Shown one piece after another: positions 9,064 to 16,432 of a stretch of 64,000 nucleotides of DNA. The notes under the pieces were generated by a model, which was given only the letters and a program-made list of their open reading frames with translations, did not search any database and was not told the origin of the DNA. Numbering within the stretch: the stretch's first letter is position 1; each line of letters starts with the position of its first letter. A program made the position numbers and the translations under genes. Source of the stretch: Candidatus Thorarchaeota archaeon (GTDB taxonomy: Archaea > Asgardarchaeota > Thorarchaeia > Thorarchaeales > Thorarchaeaceae); NCBI GenBank assembly GCA_011364985.1, contig RDOC01000001.1, forward strand, positions 4,271-68,270, given 5' to 3'.

Positions 9064-11433
9064 ATGAAACTTCGTAGAGAATCACTCATAAGAACGATAT
9101 CTCTCGGACTCATTCTTCTGATTGCAATACCTAGCGGGATTCTATTGCTCAGTGATAGATTGCCATTTGACACCCCAAGGTCGCCTATTGGGACCAACAG
9201 AATGTCGGGAGATGTGTACCATGCTTCAATCTTCATCGATAGTGATGATGTTTTTGTAACGCTGGGGATTCCCGGAGATGGATCCTCAGATGATCCATAT
9301 CGTATTGAGAATTACTTAATTGACGGAACTGCAGCTGACCATTGTATTTACATTACTGGGACAACGGTGCATTTCACAATCAAGAACTGCACCCTTAGAG
9401 GAATAGCAGCATCCGGCAAATCAGGTATCTATCTAGATAGTACTGAAAAAGCCCTAATTATGAACAACACCGCATTCAATTGCTCGGCAGGGTTGGTTTT
9501 GTATTATGCAGATAATAACACAATAAAAGACAACTCGCTCTATGAGAATGAGATTGGAATTTCCGTGACTTGGGGAGAGAATAACACAATAGAAAACAAC
9601 AATTGTTCATATAATGTCAACGATGGAATACAGCTTTCACATGGCCATCGTAATAGATTGAGGAATAATCTTCTTCTGATGAATGAGGAACACGATATTT
9701 ATGGATGGAGGTCAAACTACAACAACGTTTCTGATAATACCATGGGAGGCGGAGATTGGAAGGCTGGGATCTTCTGGTACGACAGCGATTACTGCAGGAT
9801 AGAAGATAACTTGGTGCAAGACTGCATTAATGGAATGGACATCTACTTCTGTGATTATTTTGAGGTGATCAACAACACCGTCAAGAGATGCAACATAGGA
9901 ATATGGGTTTCCTCCTATTCGTACCACAATTTGGTCTTCGACAACTTCTGTACGGAAGATAATACCGGGATTTTGATTTCAAACAATTCAGGAAACGAAG
10001 TCTACGACAACAACTGTACAAACAATCAGGTTGGAGTAGCAATTATCGACTCAGCGAGTTCCATTCAGGTCTACCAAAATGAATTAAGGAACTGCACAAA
10101 GGGAGTTTCCCTCACATGGAATGCCCGTCACAACAATGTATCAGACAATTATTGCATTGATAACGACTTTGGTGTTTTTGTAGCAGGTGACGCACATCAT
10201 AATAATGTTGAATTTAACACATGTATGAATAACACCCAAGGAATTAGCTTAGGAGACACCACTCACAACAACACGATTGTGAACAATTTATGCGATGCGG
10301 AAAGTATCTCAGAGAGCAAGGGAGTAGTTATCAATGATGAGGCGGCTGATAATTACATTTCTCACAACAACTGCACACGGAACATGTTCGGAATCGTTGT
10401 AAGTGAAACAATACATGAAAATACAGTTTCAGATAACTTCATTCTCAATTGCGAAACGGGAGTTTATCTCAATGCAACAGAACGCGCAAGAATTGAAATC
10501 AACTTCTTCGAATATTTCGATTTTGGGATTGAAATAAATGCTAAAACAAACATGAGCATTGTGAGATGGAACACATTCCTTGAGTATTCTGGTGCCATTG
10601 ACGCGTGGGATGACGGAACCGCAAACATATTCGACTACAATTTCTGGTGGGACTATGCTGGTGTTGATGGGGACTCGGACGGTATCGGAGACACTCCCTA
10701 TGCAATCTCAGGGACTGCCTCAAATGAGGACCCTCATCCAGTTGTCCATCATCCAACACGACCCGTTTGGAATCAACCCCTCGAGGACCAATCAGGGGAA
10801 GCAGGTTATCCATTTAGCTACGACCTAAACGCCACTGCAGCCGCGCCAATTGACAGCTGGGGGATTGACGACACAGTCCATTTTGCGATTGATGGCGATG
10901 GTGTCATTACAAATGCAATCCCACTTTCTATCAGCGACTACGAGGTCAATGTGTGGGTTCAAACAATCTATGGTGTAAACTTAACAGGAACTTTCACGGT
11001 GATGGTACTAGATACAATTGCACCCACTGTGGACCATCCTGCTGACATTACGTTTCCAGAGTATCCAGAAGACGAGGCCCTGTCAGAAATCACCTGGAAC
11101 ATATCAGATAAGACAAATCTGGACGTGAGAATATGTATCGAGGGCAGTGAAGAATTTTGGGACGAGTGGAGCCCAGGCGATGGTCCATACACAAGGCGAT
11201 TTGATTTTCTGGGAATGGGGACATTCAACATCACGCTTCTGCTAACGGACGAGGGAGGTAACACCGCAACTGACACAGTAATGGTCACCGTGACCGAACA
11301 GATGACAACAACAACTACTACCACAACAACAACTAGAGAGCCAGTGGATATCATGACATACGCCTTGATAATTGGCTCTTGGGCAGTAATCATCGTTATC
11401 ATAGTTGTCATTGCAAAACGCAGGAGAGCTTGA
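9064..11433 (+). CDS. membrane-anchored surface protein. It combines parallel beta-helix (PbH1/NosD-like) repeats, Ig-like modules, a Thr stalk and a C-terminal TM anchor.
   Basis: AAGGAGG lies 10 nt upstream. There is an N-terminal signal/anchor, followed by many NN(T/S)xxxN... beta-helix repeats. The GVDGDSDGIGDTPYAI motif is typical of NosD-like domains. The protein ends with about 10 Thr, then a TM helix, then KRRRA. Confidence 0.85.
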   Translation: MKLRRESLIRTISLGLILLIAIPSGILLLSDRLPFDTPRSPIGTNRMSGDVYHASIFIDSDDVFVTLGIPGDGSSDDPYRIENYLIDGTAADHCIYITGTTVHFTIKNCTLRGIAASGKSGIYLDSTEKALIMNNTAFNCSAGLVLYYADNNTIKDNSLYENEIGISVTWGENNTIENNNCSYNVNDGIQLSHGHRNRLRNNLLLMNEEHDIYGWRSNYNNVSDNTMGGGDWKAGIFWYDSDYCRIEDNLVQDCINGMDIYFCDYFEVINNTVKRCNIGIWVSSYSYHNLVFDNFCTEDNTGILISNNSGNEVYDNNCTNNQVGVAIIDSASSIQVYQNELRNCTKGVSLTWNARHNNVSDNYCIDNDFGVFVAGDAHHNNVEFNTCMNNTQGISLGDTTHNNTIVNNLCDAESISESKGVVINDEAADNYISHNNCTRNMFGIVVSETIHENTVSDNFILNCETGVYLNATERARIEINFFEYFDFGIEINAKTNMSIVRWNTFLEYSGAIDAWDDGTANIFDYNFWWDYAGVDGDSDGIGDTPYAISGTASNEDPHPVVHHPTRPVWNQPLEDQSGEAGYPFSYDLNATAAAPIDSWGIDDTVHFAIDGDGVITNAIPLSISDYEVNVWVQTIYGVNLTGTFTVMVLDTIAPTVDHPADITFPEYPEDEALSEITWNISDKTNLDVRICIEGSEEFWDEWSPGDGPYTRRFDFLGMGTFNITLLLTDEGGNTATDTVMVTVTEQMTTTTTTTTTTREPVDIMTYALIIGSWAVIIVIIVVIAKRRRA
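11305..11334 (+). repeat. poly-Thr coding microsatellite (ACA/ACT/ACC codons)
   Basis: The sequence aca aca aca act act acc aca aca aca act sits between the ectodomain and the TM anchor. Confidence 0.9.
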
Positions 11434-11591
11434 AGCAAAGATGCCCTGTAGGGGCATCTCATCCCTTTTTAGAATCCTTATTCTCCATCAAGACAAGGAG
11501 AATTTCTTACAATAGGATGTTCCCATTGTTCCTTGGCAGCCAAATCTGTCTATTGCATGATATCTCTTCGGAAAAGATGATTCTATGCAAT

Positions 11592-13469
11592 TCAACTCGC
11601 TTTCTCTATCGAACCATGCTCTGCAATTTCTGCCTCTGCTACCTGAGCGATGCGTTCACTAATTCGATCGATACCTTGATGCGTGTAGTAGGTATCATAA
11701 AGACCCTTGAAGACGCCACCCTTCTTGAGCAATTCATCACGCGTTCCTTGCTCAACCAATTCCCCCTGACTGAAAACAAATATGCGTGAGGCATTCGTAA
11801 TCGTAGTTAGACGATGGGCAATAACAACCGTTGTCCTGTTCTCGAAAAGCAAAGCTTGGGCATCCTGAACGAGAGACTCGCTATACGCATCAAGTCTACT
11901 AGTTGCCTCATCAAGGATAAGAATTCTGGGATCCGCCAGCATTGTCCGTGCGATGGTTATCATCTGTTTCTGGCCTGAAGAGAGATTCTTTCCAGATTCT
12001 AAAATCTTGGTCTGATAGCCTTCGGCCAAGGCTTCTATGAACTCATCTGCGCCCAGAATTTCACAGAGGCACGTTATTTCCGTATCAGTTGCATCAGGTT
12101 TGCCGTAACGTATGTTTTCGATAATGGTACCATCAAATAGGTAGGGTTCTTGTGGAATCAGAGAAACGGCTTCATGGAGGGACTTGAGTGTCACTGAGCT
12201 AATATCCTGAGAGCCAATGCAGATTCGACCTTCTTGTGGGTCATAGAATCTATTGATGAGCGATGCAATAGTTGTTTTTCCCGCCCCAGTATGACCAACA
12301 AGTGCTACAAGCTCTCCAGGTCTTATGTGAAAACTCACATTTCTCAGAACAGGAATTCCTTCGATATAAGAGAATGACAGATCATCGAATGTGATGCCAT
12401 CACTATCATCTCTTAGTTCTGCTGCGCTTTCATTATCAGAGATTGCGGGTTTAGACTCTAGTACATCAGATATTCTATCCATGGCTGCCATTGAAGCTTG
12501 AACTCGTGACAATAGCATTGAAAGACTCAGCAAAGGCATCATGAATTGATTGACGAGAATGACACCTAGTACAACCTCACCAATTGTGAGAATTGCGTTA
12601 GCTCCTACGGCAAGTGTGGCACCTACAAAAAGAATCGCAGCGACTCCGATCTGTCCGAAGGCACGCATCAGAGGCATTAAGACGCCCATTAGTACGCTGA
12701 ATTTGAAACCATACGCGTAAGCTCTCTCGTTTAGCTTCGATATGTTTTCAGCAAGCTCGTCTTCACGATTAAAGGCCTTAGCTATATGTATCCCACTCAA
12801 GTTCTCTGCAATTTGCCCAGATACTTCTCCATAAGCTCGCTGTGATGAAAGCATAATCTGCTGACCTAGCGTACCAAATACGCCTGCGATCAGAAGGACA
12901 CCAGGCACAGCAATCAGCGACGTAAGGGCAATTAACGGAGAAGTGATCCAAAGTGTCACAAAGATTGCTATCAGGAAGACAACTTGACTGGCAAATTCAA
13001 TGATTACTTGGATTCCCAGACTTAACGAGTCAGTATCGGTTGCAACTCGAGATGTGATGTTTCCGCTTTGTTGAGATTTATGAAAAGACAGGTCGGCATA
13101 AACTAGATGGTCATAAACATCCTTCTGAACCGCACAGACCAATCCAGCTTGTGCACCTGACAGAATCCAGATCTTCAAGCTACTAAGTATCCAGCTCGTG
13201 AGGCTGAGAACAATGTAAGCAACCACAAGAATAACTAGTGTACTTGTGACCGTGTTTCCGGGTACTACAGCATCAATGCCATTGGTTAGGATAATCGGGA
13301 TGATTACTGAAAAGATTGAGGATAGAAGGGAAAATACTGCACCTATTGTAACTACTCGTTTGAATCCACCCAAATAGTGAACCATTCGTCGTAAGAGCAC
13401 TCTCATTGAGCGACTTCTCCGGTTATCTTCTCTATCCAACGGGCCAGGAGGCCCTCTTCTCATACCCAT
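11592..13469 (-). CDS. ABC exporter half-transporter (TMD-NBD), consensus-site subunit
   Basis: Six-TM N-terminal half. Motifs are Walker A GHTGAGKTT, Walker B ILILDEATS with catalytic Glu, and a deviant signature LSSGQ. Confidence 0.9.
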   Translation of the reverse strand: MGMRRGPPGPLDREDNRRSRSMRVLLRRMVHYLGGFKRVVTIGAVFSLLSSIFSVIIPIILTNGIDAVVPGNTVTSTLVILVVAYIVLSLTSWILSSLKIWILSGAQAGLVCAVQKDVYDHLVYADLSFHKSQQSGNITSRVATDTDSLSLGIQVIIEFASQVVFLIAIFVTLWITSPLIALTSLIAVPGVLLIAGVFGTLGQQIMLSSQRAYGEVSGQIAENLSGIHIAKAFNREDELAENISKLNERAYAYGFKFSVLMGVLMPLMRAFGQIGVAAILFVGATLAVGANAILTIGEVVLGVILVNQFMMPLLSLSMLLSRVQASMAAMDRISDVLESKPAISDNESAAELRDDSDGITFDDLSFSYIEGIPVLRNVSFHIRPGELVALVGHTGAGKTTIASLINRFYDPQEGRICIGSQDISSVTLKSLHEAVSLIPQEPYLFDGTIIENIRYGKPDATDTEITCLCEILGADEFIEALAEGYQTKILESGKNLSSGQKQMITIARTMLADPRILILDEATSRLDAYSESLVQDAQALLFENRTTVVIAHRLTTITNASRIFVFSQGELVEQGTRDELLKKGGVFKGLYDTYYTHQGIDRISERIAQVAEAEIAEHGSIEKAS

Positions 13470-15289
13470 TACTGAGTACCTCCTATCGCAGCAGACTTGA
13501 GAATGGGGTCAGCCCCAGGCAGCCGGGAGAAGATTCGTCTGTATTCTCTCGAGGTCTGTATCAGTTCATCATGAGATCCCATCGCGATTAGTCTGCCCTT
13601 GTCGAGAATAATGACAAGGTCCGATTCAATAAGGGTTCGGAGTCGTTGAGTCACAGTGATACTAGTGCGACCCCTAAGTGCTTCATCTAATGCTCTTCTC
13701 ATCTCAAACTCAGTCTTTGCATCGATAGCGCTCACTGCATCATCGAGAAGTAGAATCTTAGGATCCTGGATCAAGGCACGAGCAATTGCCAATCTCTGCC
13801 TTTGCCCTCCTGAGAGAGTTGTACCACGTTCTCCTACCATTGAGTCATAGCCGTTGGGTAAATCCATGATAAAGTCATGTGCTTGAGAACGTTTTGCAGC
13901 CGTTTCAACTTCTTCATCAGATGCATCAGGGTGACCAAATGCGATATTCTCGCGGACACTCATTCGGAAAAGAAAAATGTCTTGTTCGACATTTCCAACG
14001 GCATTTCTAACATCCTTTGTTGCTACGGATTTCAGAACTATATCGCCAATTTCAATTGTACCTTCAGTTGGATCGTAAAGACGCATTAGCAGTTTCAACA
14101 AAGTGCTTTTGCCGCTACCGGGTCCACCAATAAGAGCAACTCGTGAACCGCTAGGAATTGTCATTGAAAGATTTCTCAAAGCATAATGATCACCATTCTC
14201 ATTATTGCTGTATCTGAAACTCACATCATTGAAAATGATATCACTTGTCCAATCTACTTTGCTTGAGATCTCAGGTTCTATCATAGGATCTTGCCAGTTC
14301 AGTATTTTCACAACTCGTTCTGCATTGATCATACCGCCACGAAGTGAAAGTAGTACATTAGGAAGATGGAAATTAAGGCCTGTTAATGAAATCAGGAGTG
14401 TAAGGACCGTTACAAATGATCCCTTTGAGAGTACTGAGTCAGCAACAGCGACTCCACCATACAGAAACGCGATGGTAGTCATTGCAATCAGAATTACTGC
14501 TGGTATGTAGAATGCCGAAAGACGTCCTTCTCTTGTCACCATTTTCTCATATTTCTCAGCAGTGGTTCTGAACTTCTCCTTCTCACGCTCCTCAGACCCA
14601 AAAGCACGTACAACCTCAATTCCAGAGAACACTCCTTGCGAGATTGACGTTATCTCCTCCATCGTTTCGGAACGAACCCTTCGTATAGACTCAATTCTAT
14701 TTGCAAAGCTATAGGCGGATATCAAGTAAACTGGAGTTCCAATGAGAATAATCAGGGAGAAGATTGGTAATGGACTGCCTGCCACTTCCATATCAATCAT
14801 GGCCAAGAAGAACCCTGTGACGCCAAAAGAAGCAATAGCACTGACAATATCAGGAAGAGCAGGATTCAGGGAAAAACGAATCCAGAAGATGTCCTGCATA
14901 GCAACTGAGAGCAATCGTTTGCTATCAACTTCATCATGAAATGTCATGCTGTTTTCTTGGAGAATTTCGATGAACTCTTGTCTAGCATCACGTTCCCAAC
15001 GATGACCAACCACAGCCCAAACATAATTCACAATGAAAAACAGAACCATATAAACAAGGATGGAAACTACTATCATCCACACGTATGTAACTAGTAATGA
15101 TGTCACAGCACCCTCCGCCTCCAGCTCGTCGACTGCAAGGCCTAAGAGCACTGACGGTAGTGTCAATAATACAGTCGACAGAGTGGATAGGATGACTGCA
15201 ACGAATATTGCACCAGGGTGTTTTGACAGGCCCCCGAATAAATATCTTAGCGGCGTTATTTGGTTCTTTTTGGCTTCTTCTATCAACAA
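13469..15289 (-). CDS. ABC exporter half-transporter (TMD-NBD), degenerate-site subunit
   Basis: Motifs are Walker A GGPGSGKST and signature LSGGQRQR. Walker B reads ILLLDDAVS, with Asp in place of the catalytic Glu. It overlaps the downstream partner gene by 1 nt. Confidence 0.9.
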   Translation of the reverse strand: MLIEEAKKNQITPLRYLFGGLSKHPGAIFVAVILSTLSTVLLTLPSVLLGLAVDELEAEGAVTSLLVTYVWMIVVSILVYMVLFFIVNYVWAVVGHRWERDARQEFIEILQENSMTFHDEVDSKRLLSVAMQDIFWIRFSLNPALPDIVSAIASFGVTGFFLAMIDMEVAGSPLPIFSLIILIGTPVYLISAYSFANRIESIRRVRSETMEEITSISQGVFSGIEVVRAFGSEEREKEKFRTTAEKYEKMVTREGRLSAFYIPAVILIAMTTIAFLYGGVAVADSVLSKGSFVTVLTLLISLTGLNFHLPNVLLSLRGGMINAERVVKILNWQDPMIEPEISSKVDWTSDIIFNDVSFRYSNNENGDHYALRNLSMTIPSGSRVALIGGPGSGKSTLLKLLMRLYDPTEGTIEIGDIVLKSVATKDVRNAVGNVEQDIFLFRMSVRENIAFGHPDASDEEVETAAKRSQAHDFIMDLPNGYDSMVGERGTTLSGGQRQRLAIARALIQDPKILLLDDAVSAIDAKTEFEMRRALDEALRGRTSITVTQRLRTLIESDLVIILDKGRLIAMGSHDELIQTSREYRRIFSRLPGADPILKSAAIGGTQ

Positions 15290-15292
15290 GAA

Positions 15293-15859
15293 TCACTCTT
15301 CGCTGAAATCATTTGATAAAGTCGATGTTATATCGTCTAGTTCCTTTTTTGCCGCATTAAGCTCACGAAGTAGTTCCTTTTTCTGAGCATCCGAAACATT
15401 GGAGATTGTTTCCTTGAGGAAGTGTAAGGGTGCCATTAGCATCGAGGCATGAATCTGCACCTGTTCGTCAGGGTCAAGAAATTGAAACCAAAGAACCATT
15501 CCAAGTTGTGCTCTGTCTTCCAGTTCTGGCCTATGTTTCAGCATCTTCAACATCCGTTTCTCACCCTTTGTTGTGAGACTATATTTCTTGTTCTTTCCAA
15601 CAATTCGCGCAAGTTCAATGAATCCTTCATTGAGCATGGTATCCAGAATCGGATAGATTGACCCAGGACTCGGCCGCCATCTTTCTTCTGTCTTCTTTCC
15701 GAGAGTATTCATGATTTCTGAACCAGATAGCTCGTCATTCTTCAGGAGTGACATCACTATCAAATGAAGTAGACCTCTAGGCATAATATGGGGCTTCATT
15801 AGGTCATTATGGGTACTGTCAGTATTCTTCAATTCTACAACACCGCCCATTCTTACCAA
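15293..15859 (-). CDS. PadR family transcriptional regulator
   Basis: GSEIMNTLGKKTEERWRPSPGSIYPILDTMLNEGFIE is a classic PadR wHTH. It is the first gene of the ABC exporter operon. Candidate starts are the TTG at 15859 or the ATG at 15850. Confidence 0.85.
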   Translation of the reverse strand: MVRMGGVVELKNTDSTHNDLMKPHIMPRGLLHLIVMSLLKNDELSGSEIMNTLGKKTEERWRPSPGSIYPILDTMLNEGFIELARIVGKNKKYSLTTKGEKRMLKMLKHRPELEDRAQLGMVLWFQFLDPDEQVQIHASMLMAPLHFLKETISNVSDAQKKELLRELNAAKKELDDITSTLSNDFSEE

Positions 15860-15957
15860 ATCATCCTAAATTGCAACTCTACAAGAAAGAGAGATGGTGC
15901 AACCAGCGACTAGAAACTTTAGATTTGTTGGTAACATCTAGTTCAGATCCACAGCTA

Positions 15958-15989
15958 ATATCGATTGCGATATATATCGATTGCGATAT
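15958..15989. promoter_or_regulatory. perfect tandem duplication of a 16-bp imperfect palindrome (ATATCGATTGCGATAT x2) upstream of the PadR operon
   Basis: Read directly from the sequence at 15958-15973 and 15974-15989. Each unit is ATATCG-N4-CGATAT. It lies ~100 nt upstream of the PadR start. Confidence 0.4.
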
Positions 15990-16042
15990 AAAAGTAACTG
16001 GTGCAACAGGAATGAATTTTGGAATAATACTGTCAGGTTACT

Positions 16043-16144
16043 TCAGAGAGGAATATTCACGTGGTTCTTTGGCGGGTAACTCTGTTTCTTCCTTGATGGC
16101 ACATCCAGCCCTTTCCAAATCAGGGGTCGAGTTTCATGTGAAAA
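16043..16144 (-). pseudogene. 3-prime relic of a propionyl-CoA carboxylase beta / 12S carboxyltransferase paralogue
   Basis: The relic encodes FSHETRPLIWKGLDVPSRKKQSYPPKNHVNIPL*. The intact gene at 25050 ends FPHETRPLVCKGLDVLSSKRQSRPPKKHGNIPL*. By hand alignment, 24 of 33 aa and 80 of 102 nt are identical. Confidence 0.6.
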
Positions 16145-16432
16145 ACAATGGCCTTCTGGGTTTCTACTCTTTCTGTGTGCCTGCGGATGGAGAAGCATTG
16201 GCCTTCCGCAGGACGATTGTAGCAACAGCGACAAGAAGGGTCAGTGACACAGGGGGCTATGTCAAGCTAAAGTGCTGGTCTGTGATATTTAGGAATGTAA
16301 TTATGACCATTTCATTCCGATGTTCAGATGCTGCATGTTGGTTGCAGGACTTGATGTGGAAGGAGTGAGTGATAGCGAAACAATGCTTGGTTTCCAAGCG
16401 TGTCGCAACCGGAGATACATTGCGGTTCGTTC

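Noticed and set aside
10968-11462. 164-aa minus-strand ORF containing poly-Val
   Set aside because: The poly-Val is the reverse complement of the poly-Thr tract of the surface protein gene. The same applies to the ORF at 52629-52880.
15871-16368. 165-aa plus-strand ORF in the PadR-kinase intergenic gap
   Set aside because: It has no motif, and it overlaps on the opposite strand the segment with clear homology to the pccB 3-prime end. That homology explains the open frames better.
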